Positions 28,682 to 38,665 of a stretch of DNA of 64,000 nt are shown here, one piece after another. Location of the stretch: assembly GCA_028276475.1 (NCBI GenBank), contig JAPYWH010000002.1:9652-73651 (forward strand). Direction: 5' to 3'. Position 1 is the first letter of the stretch. Every line of letters begins with the position of its first letter. Origin of the DNA: Thermocrinis sp. (GTDB lineage: Bacteria; Aquificota; Aquificia; Aquificales; Aquificaceae). The notes below the pieces were generated by a model. The model was not told where the DNA came from and ran no database searches. It was given only the letters and a program-made list of their open reading frames with translations. The translations under genes were made by a program, and so were the position numbers.

Positions 28682-30535
28682 ATGCTTGACGCAGAAAGGT
28701 TTTTGAGGGAACACGAGCCCTTTAACCTCCTTACCCCAGAGGTCTTAAGAAGCGTGGTCTACAACCTCCAAGTTCAACATTACCAAAAGGATGAGGTAAT
28801 ATTCCAAGAGGGCTCTGCACCGCTCAGCAGTCTTTACATAGTTAGAAAGGGTGTGGTTCTTTTGAAGAGAGGTTCTGAGGTGCTGGATTACCTTCAGGAG
28901 GGTGATAGCTTTGGTTTTGTGTCCCTTTTGACCGGTGAGCGTCCATCTTCCACCGCAATAGCCTACGAGGATACCTTGCTTTTCCTTTTACCGGATAAGG
29001 TCTTCAAAAAGCTATGCAAGGATTTTGAAGCTTTTAATCAATACTTTCTAAGAAAGCTAACCGGAAGGTTTGAAACAAAGAAAGAAGAGAATAGTTCCCT
29101 TTTAGAAAGGCTGGCAAGAGTGCAGGTAAAAGACCTAAACCCAAGAGGGATACCCATTGTGGGAGAAAACGACAGCATAGACCAAGTAATAAACCTGATG
29201 GCGAAGGAGGACCATCGGGCAGTCCTCGTTAAATTTAAAGATGGTTACGGCATAATCACAGAAAGGGATATAATCAAGCGGGTTTTAGGAGAAGGTAAAG
29301 ACCCAAGGGAGACAAAAGCTGTTGAGGTAGCAACCTTTCCCGTAATTGGAGTGGATGAGAGGGATTACCTTATGGATGTACTTACCCTCATGTCCAAGCA
29401 TGCCATAAGGAGGGTGGTTGTCTTTTCCAACCAACAGCCCTCAGGAATTTTGGAGGATAGGGATATTATCCTCTACGAGAGCAAGAACTTTGTGTTTCTG
29501 TTCAAAGAGATAGAGAAGGCTAAGGATGAGGAAAGTTTGGCTTTTCTATACAGGCAGACCACAAAGGCGGTGGTGGAGCTTGTTTTGGAGGGGGCGGACC
29601 CGGAGAAGGTAGGAAAGTATGTCTCGGAGTTAAACGACCGCTTTATGAAAAGGGCTGTCTTTTTGACCATATCAAGGCTTGGAGAGGAGCCCTTGGTTCC
29701 CTTCTGTATTTTAGTTTTGGGGAGTGAAGGTAGGCAAGAGCAGAGCCTAAAAACAGACCAAGACAACGCCCTAATATACAGAGACCTTCCCATCATTGAC
29801 TTTGACGCCAAGGAGTATTTCAAAAGGTTCTCGGAGGAGTATATAAAAGTGCTATTAAAGGTGGGCTTCCCACCCTGTCCGGGGAATGTGATGGTATCAA
29901 ACCCAGAGTGGAGGGGCTCAGAAAAGGAGTGGGAAAAAAGGGTCAGCTCTTGGCTAAACACTCCCGTCCCGGAGAATGTTTTGAACTCCGCCATATTTTT
30001 TGACTTTAGAAGCGTCTTTGGAGATAAAACCTTGGCAGATGGACTGGAGGAGTATGTCCGTAAAAAGATAAAAGGAAAGAGCCTGTTTATGGGCTATTTT
30101 GTAAGGGAGGGTTTAAAGTTCAGACCACCTTTAACATTCTTTAAAGGCTTTGTGGTGGAGAGGGGCGGAGAACACAAAGGAAAGCTTGACCTAAAGAAGG
30201 GGGGAATATTTCCCATAACCCACGGCGTCAGGTGTCTTAGTCTTTTTAATGGGATTTTGGAGAGAAACACCTACGACCGAATAAGGGTGCTTATAGAAAG
30301 GGGTGTCTTGGAGAAGAACTTTGGAAGAGACCTTTTGGAGGCGTACAGGTTTTTGAACATGTTAAGATTTAGAGAGCAGGCGGACAATATCATTAAGGGA
30401 AAGGAGCCGGATAACTACATAAACCCAGAAAAAATCTCAAAGCAAGAGAAGGGACTCCTAAAGGACGCCTTCAGGGTCGTGGAGAACTTTCAGGAATTTT
30501 TAAGACACAGCTTTGGTAGTGTGCTTTTGGAGTAA
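28682..30535 (+). CDS. cNMP-binding/CBS/DUF294 nucleotidyltransferase-like protein
   Basis: cNMP domain 'EGDSFG', CBS pair, NTase 'GSEGRQEQSLKTDQDNAL', 'DLKKGGIFPI'. Confidence 0.9.
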   Translation: MLDAERFLREHEPFNLLTPEVLRSVVYNLQVQHYQKDEVIFQEGSAPLSSLYIVRKGVVLLKRGSEVLDYLQEGDSFGFVSLLTGERPSSTAIAYEDTLLFLLPDKVFKKLCKDFEAFNQYFLRKLTGRFETKKEENSSLLERLARVQVKDLNPRGIPIVGENDSIDQVINLMAKEDHRAVLVKFKDGYGIITERDIIKRVLGEGKDPRETKAVEVATFPVIGVDERDYLMDVLTLMSKHAIRRVVVFSNQQPSGILEDRDIILYESKNFVFLFKEIEKAKDEESLAFLYRQTTKAVVELVLEGADPEKVGKYVSELNDRFMKRAVFLTISRLGEEPLVPFCILVLGSEGRQEQSLKTDQDNALIYRDLPIIDFDAKEYFKRFSEEYIKVLLKVGFPPCPGNVMVSNPEWRGSEKEWEKRVSSWLNTPVPENVLNSAIFFDFRSVFGDKTLADGLEEYVRKKIKGKSLFMGYFVREGLKFRPPLTFFKGFVVERGGEHKGKLDLKKGGIFPITHGVRCLSLFNGILERNTYDRIRVLIERGVLEKNFGRDLLEAYRFLNMLRFREQADNIIKGKEPDNYINPEKISKQEKGLLKDAFRVVENFQEFLRHSFGSVLLE

Positions 30536-30544
30536 AATATCCTC

Positions 30545-31186
30545 ATGGAGGTAAGGGGCAAAAAACTAAAGGCAGAGATGGTGCTTGAACATATAGTAGA
30601 TTTAAAAACGCAACAGCTTTTTGGGTACAAAGTGCTGTCCCGCATTATTATGGATGGTGAAAAAGAGCTAAGGTTTCAAGAGATCGGCGATGAAAGTTTA
30701 AGAAAGCAAGCAGAATTAAGCGTTTTGAAGGGAGTGGCAAAATTTTCAAGGGACAAAGAGCTTTTCATAAACATGCCCGTATCTATAGATATGGAAAGCT
30801 TACCTTTATACGGTCGCAATTTTGTAGTCTGCATACCCGCTGACCTAAGCTCTGACACTCTTGGAAAAATCTTGCTTAGTATAAAAAAACTTAAGCTGAA
30901 GAGTGCCCTGGACGATTTTTATATAGCAAGATATGGTGTGGGAGAAGAGGCAGAGGAAATTAAGCTGGGCACCTTTGATTTTGTTTTCATAAAAGAGGAG
31001 TTTTATATGAACTCCAGCAGGTCTGATGTTGCCAAGGCAGTGTCCTATGCTAAGAGCTTTGGGGCAAAGGTAATATTCAAGAAAATAGACACTTACAAAA
31101 AGGTTCAGTTAGCCATAGACTGTGGTGCAGATTACGGACATGGCTACTTTTTTGGCTACGAAACATACAATATTCCCTTAGAATGA
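30545..31186 (+). CDS. Degenerate stand-alone EAL-domain protein
   Basis: 'GYKVLSR' (EAL->KVL), 'FINMP', 'ALDDFYI', 'ADYGHGYFFG'. Confidence 0.75.
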   Translation: MEVRGKKLKAEMVLEHIVDLKTQQLFGYKVLSRIIMDGEKELRFQEIGDESLRKQAELSVLKGVAKFSRDKELFINMPVSIDMESLPLYGRNFVVCIPADLSSDTLGKILLSIKKLKLKSALDDFYIARYGVGEEAEEIKLGTFDFVFIKEEFYMNSSRSDVAKAVSYAKSFGAKVIFKKIDTYKKVQLAIDCGADYGHGYFFGYETYNIPLE

Positions 31187-31614
31187 AAAAGCTTATTTCT
31201 CTTCTCATTATTATGCTTTGCGGGAGCTGTGCGGTGCCACAGATTGTAATCCTAAAAGACCCTTTGACCGCAGAGGAACATATAAACTTAGGGTATCTAT
31301 ACGAAAAACAGGGAAAGTTGGACTTGGCGGAGGAAGAGTATAAAAAAGCCATAAGGAAAGATAAGAAAAACTATTTAGCATACTTTAATTTGGGAAATAT
31401 CTATGCCCAAAAGGGAGAGTATGAGAAGGCTGAAAAGCAATACAAAAAAGCCCTTGAGCTAAAGGAGGATCCGGATGTGCTGAACAACTTGGCGTATGTT
31501 TTAAGCAAGCAGGGTAAAAAAGAGGAAGCCCTCCCTTATATAAAAAAGGCTTTGGAGATGAAGGATGAACCTTCCTACAGAAAAACACTGGAGGAAATAC
31601 TCAAAAAAGAATGA
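31183..31614 (+). CDS. TPR-repeat lipoprotein
   Basis: Lipobox-like 'LCGSC'; three TPR repeats. Confidence 0.85.
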   Translation: MKKLISLLIIMLCGSCAVPQIVILKDPLTAEEHINLGYLYEKQGKLDLAEEEYKKAIRKDKKNYLAYFNLGNIYAQKGEYEKAEKQYKKALELKEDPDVLNNLAYVLSKQGKKEEALPYIKKALEMKDEPSYRKTLEEILKKE

Positions 31615-32174
31615 TGGAATGCTATGTCCTCGCAGGTGGGCAAAGCAGAAGGTTTGGAGAGGATAAAACACTTTTTCCCTTAAAGGGAAAACCTTGCATC
31701 CAGTGGGTGGTTGAACAAGCCCAGAAGGTATGCGATAGAGTTTTCATAGTAGCAAAGGAGCTACAAAAGTATAGCTTTCTGAAAGGAGTAGAACTTTTAA
31801 AGGACATACTACAGGGGCAGTTTGCCCTTGCGGGTTTATATACAGCCCTGTCTCATACCAACCAAGATAAAGTGATTGTTTTAAGCGCAGACATGCCACT
31901 TATTAAAGGAGAGCTCATTTCTCTGATTTGGAGAAAGTCAAGAGACAAAATAACGCTTTTTAAGGTCAAGGGTAAAACCTTTCCACTCTTTGGGGTGTAT
32001 CCCAAGGGAGTAAAATCCGCCCTTGAGGAGTATTTGAAGAGTGGTGGGCTGAGGGTTATGGAATTTGTGGAGAAGGTAGGCTACGAAGTAGTAGAGGATG
32101 TGGAACCTTTTTCTTACGCCTTTATCAACATGAACACCAAAGAGGACGCAAGGATTATATTAGAAATGTTATGA
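31611..32174 (+). CDS. mobA: Molybdenum cofactor guanylyltransferase
   Basis: 'LAGGQSRRFGEDK', 'SADMPLI', 'NMNTKED'. Confidence 0.92.
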   Translation: MMECYVLAGGQSRRFGEDKTLFPLKGKPCIQWVVEQAQKVCDRVFIVAKELQKYSFLKGVELLKDILQGQFALAGLYTALSHTNQDKVIVLSADMPLIKGELISLIWRKSRDKITLFKVKGKTFPLFGVYPKGVKSALEEYLKSGGLRVMEFVEKVGYEVVEDVEPFSYAFINMNTKEDARIILEML

Positions 32175-32383
32175 AAGAGATAGAGTTAAAAATTATAGGT
32201 ATGACCTGCGAGCATTGCGTTAGGACAGTGAAGAATGCCCTTTACAGCGTGGAGGGTGTCTCCGAGGTGGATGTTTCTCTTCATGAACAAAGTGCAAGGG
32301 TAAAGGTGGAAGATCATGTGTCTTTTGAGAGCCTAAAGTCCGCAGTGGAAAGTTGGGGATACAAAGTGGTGGATGAGGTTTGA
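32171..32383 (+). CDS. Heavy-metal-associated (CopZ-like) chaperone
   Basis: 'GMTCEHCV', 70 aa. Confidence 0.9.
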   Translation: MKEIELKIIGMTCEHCVRTVKNALYSVEGVSEVDVSLHEQSARVKVEDHVSFESLKSAVESWGYKVVDEV

Positions 32384-32975
32384 GGAGCTAAAACCCAAGA
32401 TACAAGGTCTAACCTATTTGGATGAAGGCTGGAGGGGGATTGTATACAGGGGTTTTTTTGAAGGGAAGGAAGTTGCCATAAAGGTGGCAAAAGCCCAAGA
32501 GAAGGAATATGCCATAAGGAAGGAGGCAAGAATTTTAGAAAGGCTAAAAGGCTACCCTTACTTTCCAAAGCTTATTCTCAGTGGAGAAGATTTTATCATG
32601 TATGAGTTTATTGATGGTGTGCCCATAGAGGACCTTTCCCTCAGCCCAGAGGAGAGGTTAAGTTTATACATGCAGATTTTGGAGGTCGCCTATCTCCTAG
32701 ACAGTCTAAGGATCAACAGGGATGAGTTTGCAAGGCTTGACAAGAATCTACTGGTAGGGAAAGACGGAAGGATTTACCTCCTTGACTTTGAGAGGGGTGC
32801 CTTGGATGTTAAAAAGCCACACAACTTTACCCAATTTTTACAGTTTTTGAGGAAGGAAGGAATAATATCCACAACGCAAGCCCTTGAGCTGGGAAAGGAA
32901 TACAAAAAAGAGCCAAAGTTAGTAAAGGAAAAGGTTCATGCTATCCTTAGTTCAGCTTTATCAGTTGCTACTTGA
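32373..32975 (+). CDS. Atypical Ser/Thr protein kinase-like protein
   Basis: 'GWRGIVY', 'VAIK', alphaC Glu, 'N' loop, 'LLDFE'. Confidence 0.7.
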   Translation: MRFEELKPKIQGLTYLDEGWRGIVYRGFFEGKEVAIKVAKAQEKEYAIRKEARILERLKGYPYFPKLILSGEDFIMYEFIDGVPIEDLSLSPEERLSLYMQILEVAYLLDSLRINRDEFARLDKNLLVGKDGRIYLLDFERGALDVKKPHNFTQFLQFLRKEGIISTTQALELGKEYKKEPKLVKEKVHAILSSALSVAT

Positions 32976-33591
32976 TTTTTACGGCTATCAAGGTTGGTGG
33001 CCTGTGGATGAAGACTATCACGCAACCAAGGGCACAGACCCAAGGGACGAGGTAATAATAGGGGCGGTGCTAACGCAAAACACCGCATGGAGGAACGTAG
33101 AACAAGCTTTAGAAAACCTTAAAAGATATGGAGAGCTTTCCCTTGAGTTTATTCGGCAGACATCCACCAAAGAGCTTGAGGAATTAATAAGACCCTCCGG
33201 CTTTTACAGGCTAAAAGCCCAGAGGTTAAAGCATGTTGCGGAGTTTTTTAATCCAACGGATGTAGTGGAGAAAGTGAGCAGAGAAGGGCTCTTGAAGGTG
33301 AAAGGTATTGGCAAAGAAACTGCAGACGCAATTCTTTTGTATGCAGGAGATCGCCTGAGCTTTGTAATAGACGCCTACACAAAAAGGCTTTTCAAAAGGC
33401 TATATGGTCTGGATGGTGGCTACGAAGACCTTAAAACCTATGTGGAGGAGAACATTCCAAAAGACCTAACCATCTACAAAGAGTTTCATGCTTTGATTGA
33501 TGAGCATGCAAAAACATATTGTAAAAGCACCCCCCAGTGTGGGGGATGTTTTTTGAAAAACTTCTGTCTTAGTGCAATCCCATCCTTTTGA
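32938..33591 (+). CDS. Endonuclease III-related HhH-GPD glycosylase
   Basis: 'LTQNTAW', HhH 'KGIGKETADAILLY', 'CKSTPQCGGCFLKNFC'. Confidence 0.88.
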   Translation: MLSLVQLYQLLLDFYGYQGWWPVDEDYHATKGTDPRDEVIIGAVLTQNTAWRNVEQALENLKRYGELSLEFIRQTSTKELEELIRPSGFYRLKAQRLKHVAEFFNPTDVVEKVSREGLLKVKGIGKETADAILLYAGDRLSFVIDAYTKRLFKRLYGLDGGYEDLKTYVEENIPKDLTIYKEFHALIDEHAKTYCKSTPQCGGCFLKNFCLSAIPSF

Positions 33592-34198
33592 GAATCCTAC
33601 CCCTCCAAAGCCATATTAGAACGCCCACAACTATGAGATAGCCTATGGTCACCACACCCATAATGTTTCTCTTTGCCTTTTCCTGAGGGGGCGGTTCAGA
33701 TACATACCTCAAATAGGCAACGATCTTGGCGGTCTCCTCTGGTCTTCCGGTCATAACAGGGGGCATCGTAGTCCCGGGGAGAACTTTTTGAGGTTCAAGG
33801 ATAAAGTTGTAAAGATACTCGGGACCTTTTACCAAGTATATGGTAGAGAGGTCTGGAGGAACCTTTCCAAAGGATTCCTTCAGGGCGTTCAGGTCGTTCA
33901 TAAAGACAGATTCATAAACATCTCTCGGAAGGACCTTTCCGTATTTTTCTTGGAGGGATGCCAGCATAGGGTTAGCCTGCACCTGTGTTGGGTAGAGGGC
34001 ATCATACCTTACCGAGTGGCAAGCCGCACAGTTTTGAATGAATAGTTCCCTCCCTTCCTTTGCATACTTGTAGTCCATGGCGATCTTTCTGTGTTCTGGG
34101 GGCATTTCATACTTTTCGTGGGGGGCAAATATGTTGTTGATCCATACTATGTAGAAAAAGACTACGGTAAGCACTGTGAAGAATATTGTCTTAATCAT
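33569..34198 (-). CDS. petC: Cytochrome c1
   Basis: 'CAACH', 'PPDLS', 'PGTTMP', C-terminal TM. Confidence 0.92.
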   Translation of the reverse strand: MIKTIFFTVLTVVFFYIVWINNIFAPHEKYEMPPEHRKIAMDYKYAKEGRELFIQNCAACHSVRYDALYPTQVQANPMLASLQEKYGKVLPRDVYESVFMNDLNALKESFGKVPPDLSTIYLVKGPEYLYNFILEPQKVLPGTTMPPVMTGRPEETAKIVAYLRYVSEPPPQEKAKRNIMGVVTIGYLIVVGVLIWLWRGRILKRMGLH

Positions 34199-35405
34199 TT
34201 TTGCTACCTCCTTTGGCTTTGTACCAACCCCATTCCAAGATGGATATTATGGGCAAAGAGATAAAAAAGGATATGAAGCCTAAGGTAAATATGAGCCCAA
34301 GCAATGCGTTGGTTGGGGTTGGAGGCATTGTTCCCAATATGGTCAGAGCCATAGAGGATATTACGAGCACCACAAACATCGCAAAGAATAGGGGTCTGTT
34401 TCTTGCGCTTCTTAGGGGCGAAAAGTCCAAGAAGGGTAGGATCAACAGAAGGATAAGGGCTAAGTTAAACACCACAAAGCCCAAGAACTTGTCTGGAATA
34501 GACCTAAACATAGTGTAAAAAGCCAAAAGATACCACTCGGGTGCTATGTGGGCGGGTGTCTTGAAGGGATTGGCTGGGTCGTAGTTATCTGCGGGCAAGA
34601 AGTGTTTCATGTAGAAGAACACAAAGAAGAAGAACACTGCCAAATATCCCATCAAGTAAGCACCTTCCTTAAGAGTTATATAGGGATGGAAGGGAACACC
34701 CTCTTTTTTCTTATCTATCTCCCTGCCGTCTGGTGAGGTTATGCCATGTGCCCTGATAAGGTAGAAGTGAAAGCCCACAAGACCCAAAAGAATGAGAGGC
34801 AATAGCCATATGTGAAGCCCAAAGAACCTTCCGAGGGTTATCTGCCCCAGTTCATAACCACCCTTCATCCATACGGATATGGTTTCTCCGATCTTTAGCT
34901 TGCCTATGATGGGGGCGCTGTCTATGGAGGTGGGTATCTCGGTGGTAACCACCATTCCCCAGTAGGAGAGCTGTCCCCAAGGCAGGAGATAACCGGATAG
35001 GGCGGTCATAAGAAGGACAAAGTATATGAAAAAGCCCACAATCCAGGTTAGTTCTCTGGGTTTTTTGTATGCGTTGTAGTATATTCCAGTGAATATGTGG
35101 AGATAAACTACCGCAAGGAAGAAGTTTGCACCCGCCGCATGGACATTTCTAATGAGCCACATAAAGGGAACTTCCTTCATTATGGTGTAGTTAGCACTAT
35201 CAAAGGCGGTATGGATGTTGGGTTGGTAGTACATCACCAAAAATATGCCAGAGATTATCTGAATGAGAAAAGCCACTATAGCCATTACGCCAAAGGCGTA
35301 AGGAAATGTTAGAGTTTTTGGAACTTTGTAATCTACCATTTGGGACTGCCATAGTTCTGATAGCTTTGCCCTTTCGTTAAACCATCTTCCGACCCTTCCG
35401 ATCAT
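34191..35405 (-). CDS. petB: Cytochrome b
   Basis: Heme His motifs, 'GYLLPWGQLSYWG', 'PEWY'. Confidence 0.97.
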   Translation of the reverse strand: MIGRVGRWFNERAKLSELWQSQMVDYKVPKTLTFPYAFGVMAIVAFLIQIISGIFLVMYYQPNIHTAFDSANYTIMKEVPFMWLIRNVHAAGANFFLAVVYLHIFTGIYYNAYKKPRELTWIVGFFIYFVLLMTALSGYLLPWGQLSYWGMVVTTEIPTSIDSAPIIGKLKIGETISVWMKGGYELGQITLGRFFGLHIWLLPLILLGLVGFHFYLIRAHGITSPDGREIDKKKEGVPFHPYITLKEGAYLMGYLAVFFFFVFFYMKHFLPADNYDPANPFKTPAHIAPEWYLLAFYTMFRSIPDKFLGFVVFNLALILLLILPFLDFSPLRSARNRPLFFAMFVVLVISSMALTILGTMPPTPTNALLGLIFTLGFISFFISLPIISILEWGWYKAKGGSKND

Positions 35406-35417
35406 GGCTAAACCTCC

Positions 35418-35936
35418 TTAAGTTAATTCCTTTACGAAACCTTCTTCTCCAATGATAAGCTTGTTGCCCTCCCTCTTTTGAGGGGGCACATACAGTGGTC
35501 TCGGTGGAGGACCCGCTATGTTGTCGCCCCATGGCGAGTAGAACCCTCCATGACAGGGACAGTGGAACAGAGGATAGTTAAACTCTCCTTCTCCCTGTGG
35601 TTTCCACAGGGGCACACAGCCAAGATGGGTGCACACCGCCACGAGGGCGTAGGCATCTTGTCCTTGCAATAGCTTTGTGTTTTGGTCGTTTGCCCTCTTG
35701 CCATTCCACTGAAAGCCCTGCGGCAGTTTGACCACAAAGACGGGTTTGCCCTTCCAAGAGACAACCCTAACCTGAAGGTCTGGGATCTGGGAAACATCCA
35801 CCTCCACCTTGGCTCCTGCCAAAGAGGCTTGGCTGGGGGAAAGCACCTTAACTATAGGGTACAGCACACCTATTGCCCCCAGAACACCCAAGCTTCCCAC
35901 TGCAACGCCTAAAAGGTCTCTCCTTGAGGCTTCCAT
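35418..35936 (-). CDS. petA: Rieske Fe-S protein
   Basis: Tat 'SRRDLL', 'CTHLGC', 'CPCHGG'. Confidence 0.97.
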   Translation of the reverse strand: MEASRRDLLGVAVGSLGVLGAIGVLYPIVKVLSPSQASLAGAKVEVDVSQIPDLQVRVVSWKGKPVFVVKLPQGFQWNGKRANDQNTKLLQGQDAYALVAVCTHLGCVPLWKPQGEGEFNYPLFHCPCHGGFYSPWGDNIAGPPPRPLYVPPQKREGNKLIIGEEGFVKELT

Positions 35937-36087
35937 AGCACAACCTCCTTCGGTGGTATAACAGATTAATTATAATCGCATACTCTAAAATAAATATAAA
36001 AATTATCACCTAAAGCTTTTAAAACGCTTTTTCGCATAAAGGTGTTAGAATTATATAATTTCTATCACAAACTTTTGGAGGAGGCTT

Positions 36088-36969
36088 ATGGCAATTTTGG
36101 TGGATAAAAACACCAGGGTAGTGGTGCAAGGTATTACAGGAAAGGAAGGTTCTTTCCATGCCCTCCAGTGTAAGGCCTATGGCACGCAGGTGGTGGCGGG
36201 CGTTACCCCCGGTAAAGGTGGGCAAGAGGTGGAGGACATTCCCGTCTTCAATACGGTGGAGTCCGCAGTGAAGGAAACCTCTGCCAATTGCTCTTTGATC
36301 TTTGTGCCCCCAGCCTTTGCGGCGGACGCTATAGTGGAGGCTTTAGATGCAGGTATAGAATTGGTGGTTTGTATAACGGAGGGCATACCTGTAAGAGATA
36401 TGCTTAAAGTGAAACACTATATGCTGAGGAACTACCCAAAGGCAAAGCTCATAGGTCCAAACTGCCCCGGGGTTATCACACCGGGAGAGGCAAAGGTGGG
36501 CATAATGCCCGGGCACATATTCAAGAGGGGGACCATAGGGATCGTCTCAAGGAGCGGAACGCTGACCTATGAGGCATCCCATCAGCTTACCCGCTATGGA
36601 CTTGGGCAATCTACCGCGGTGGGTATAGGGGGAGACCCTGTGCATGGGCTATCCCACAAGGATGTGATCGCTATGTTCAACGAGGACCCAGAGACGGAAG
36701 CTATACTCATGATCGGTGAGATAGGTGGGACTGCAGAGGAGGAGGCGGCAGAGTATATAAAGCAGTTTGTAAAAAAGCCTGTTTTTGCATACATTGCCGG
36801 TATAACCGCACCACCGGGTAGAAGGATGGGACACGCTGGTGCCATAATCACCGGTGGAAAGGGCACCGCCCAGGCTAAGATGTCAGCCCTTAGGGATGCA
36901 GGGGTTCATGTAATAGAAAATCCAGCCTTTATAGGAAAAACTGTGGCGGAGGTTTTGGGTAAAGGATGA
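36088..36969 (+). CDS. sucD: Succinyl-CoA synthetase alpha subunit
   Basis: 'QGITGKEG', 'GPNCPG', 'SRSGTLTYE', 'MGHAGA'. Confidence 0.93.
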   Translation: MAILVDKNTRVVVQGITGKEGSFHALQCKAYGTQVVAGVTPGKGGQEVEDIPVFNTVESAVKETSANCSLIFVPPAFAADAIVEALDAGIELVVCITEGIPVRDMLKVKHYMLRNYPKAKLIGPNCPGVITPGEAKVGIMPGHIFKRGTIGIVSRSGTLTYEASHQLTRYGLGQSTAVGIGGDPVHGLSHKDVIAMFNEDPETEAILMIGEIGGTAEEEAAEYIKQFVKKPVFAYIAGITAPPGRRMGHAGAIITGGKGTAQAKMSALRDAGVHVIENPAFIGKTVAEVLGKG

Positions 36970-36995
36970 TTAAAAGCATGTTTATTTTCTAAATG

Positions 36996-37004
36996 TGCTA
37001 TAAT
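36996..37004 (+). promoter_or_regulatory. Extended -10 promoter for the ferredoxin cluster
   Basis: TGCTATAAT upstream of AGGAGG-ATG. Confidence 0.6.
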
Positions 37005-37037
37005 TTTTCCACTTCAAAACTTTTAGGAGGTTAAGGT

Positions 37038-37256
37038 ATGGCTATAAAGACAAAGGTGGACCCAGACACCTGCACCGCCTGTGAGCTATGCTACGACAGA
37101 ATTCCAGAAATTTACAAAAACCGGGGTGATGGCATTGCGCAGGTAGTTTCTCCTGGACCCGATGGATATGCAATCGTCCCCCCTGAGCTTGAGGCTGAGG
37201 TAAAAGAGGTCGCAGACGAATGTCCCAGTGGCTCCATAATTACAGAGGAAGCATAA
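37038..37256 (+). CDS. fdx1: Monocluster [4Fe-4S] ferredoxin 1
   Basis: CxxCxxC...CP; closely resembles Hydrogenobacter Fd1 as recalled. Confidence 0.93.
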   Translation: MAIKTKVDPDTCTACELCYDRIPEIYKNRGDGIAQVVSPGPDGYAIVPPELEAEVKEVADECPSGSIITEEA

Positions 37257-37435
37257 TCGTTGATATAGATACCTGCACTGCCTGTGCCCTCTGCTACGAG
37301 GAGGTGCCAGAGCTCTTTACAAACAGAGGGGATGGTCTGCCCATAGTCTATATCAAGCCTTTCAAAGAGGACACCCTCCAAAGGCTGCAGAAAGTAGCCC
37401 AAGACTGCCCCAGCGGGTCTATAATACTTGAGTGA
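37220..37435 (+). CDS. fdx2: Monocluster [4Fe-4S] ferredoxin 2
   Basis: CTACALC...CPSG; GAGGT SD 8 nt before ATG 37220; paralog of fdx1. Confidence 0.88.
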   Translation: MSQWLHNYRGSIIVDIDTCTACALCYEEVPELFTNRGDGLPIVYIKPFKEDTLQRLQKVAQDCPSGSIILE

Positions 37436-38189
37436 TAGGCTTATATTCCTCGGCACCGCAGGCGGAAGGGCGAGCGTCTTTAGGTATCTACGTCGTTCCG
37501 GTGGCTTTTTGTTAAGGCTTTCGAACCTCTGGGTTCATACAGACCCGGGGCCGGGTGCCTTTGTTTATCTTCACCAGATGGGCTTTGACCCAAGGCAGAT
37601 AAACTGCGTTGTCCTGTCCCATGTACATTTGGACCACTCTGCGGATATAAACTCTGTCATTGAGTCTGCCACCGACGGTGGAAAGAAGAGGGAAGTGGTT
37701 CTGTTTGCACCAAGGTCTGCCCTTGAAGGAGAAAACAGAGTGGTCCTTCCCTTTATAAGAAGGGAGAGGCTTGCAGGAGAGTTTATATTAGAGGAGGGCA
37801 AAGAGTATAACTACAATGGGTTCCGCATAAAGGCGGTGATGAAGCACAAACACCATCACACAGAGACCTACGCCATACTCTACAACGAGAGAATACTTTA
37901 TGTTTCCTGTGCCCTCTATGAGGACCGCATGCTTGAGGCTTATCCCAAAGGGCTGGATCTAATGATCATAAACACCACCCTTTACAAAAAAACCAAGTAT
38001 ATAGAACACCTTACAGTCCAAGACGCAAAAAAGCTGTTAACCCACCTAAAGCCAAAGCTTGCCATACTTACCCATTTTGGCTATGAAATGCTTATGAACC
38101 ACCACTTGCAGGACATAGCCTTGGAGGTGGAAAAGGAAACGGGAGTAAAAACCCTCTGTGCCTATGACGGAATGGAGGTAGAACTCTGA
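37428..38189 (+). CDS. MBL-fold metallo-hydrolase
   Basis: 'FLGTAGG', 'DPGPG', 'SHVHLDH'. Confidence 0.88.
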   Translation: MSDRLIFLGTAGGRASVFRYLRRSGGFLLRLSNLWVHTDPGPGAFVYLHQMGFDPRQINCVVLSHVHLDHSADINSVIESATDGGKKREVVLFAPRSALEGENRVVLPFIRRERLAGEFILEEGKEYNYNGFRIKAVMKHKHHHTETYAILYNERILYVSCALYEDRMLEAYPKGLDLMIINTTLYKKTKYIEHLTVQDAKKLLTHLKPKLAILTHFGYEMLMNHHLQDIALEVEKETGVKTLCAYDGMEVEL

Positions 38190-38209
38190 TAGAGCAGTTT
38201 TTTCCCGAG

Positions 38210-38662
38210 TTGAAAAAGTGGGCGGAAGATTTTGTTATGGAACACGGATACACTGCCCTCTTTGTTCTTTCCTTCACTGAGTCCATAATCCAGCCCATTC
38301 CTCCTTATCCCTTCATAACCGCTGCGCCCCTTTTCAAGTTGAACCCATATACCGCCGGTTTTGTGGCTTTTATTGGCAACCTATTGGGTGCCCTCGTAGC
38401 CTTCTTTTTGGCAAAGCTTTTGGGAGAAGGCTTTGTAAGAAAGATCTTTGGGAATAGGTTATACACAAGGGGGGAAGCCCTTTTCAACAGGTACGGCTTT
38501 TTTGCGGTGCTTTTAGGAGAGCCCTATAAGTTAGTTTGTTGGCTTGCGGGCATTTTCAACATGCCCCTGCTTACCTTTCTTGTAGCAAGTGTGATCGCCC
38601 GTGGGGTGAGGATAGGCATTTTTGTCTTTTTTGGGGATGTTCTGAAAAGGTTTTTAAGCTAA
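38210..38662 (+). CDS. YqaA/DedA (VTT) membrane protein
   Basis: 'SFTESIIQPIPP', 'PYKLVCWLAG', 'RGVR'. Confidence 0.85.
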   Translation: MKKWAEDFVMEHGYTALFVLSFTESIIQPIPPYPFITAAPLFKLNPYTAGFVAFIGNLLGALVAFFLAKLLGEGFVRKIFGNRLYTRGEALFNRYGFFAVLLGEPYKLVCWLAGIFNMPLLTFLVASVIARGVRIGIFVFFGDVLKRFLS

Positions 38663-38665
38663 AAA

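Noticed and set aside
36088-36969. sucD without adjacent sucC
   Set aside because: Scattered rTCA genes are usual in Aquificaceae; not novel.
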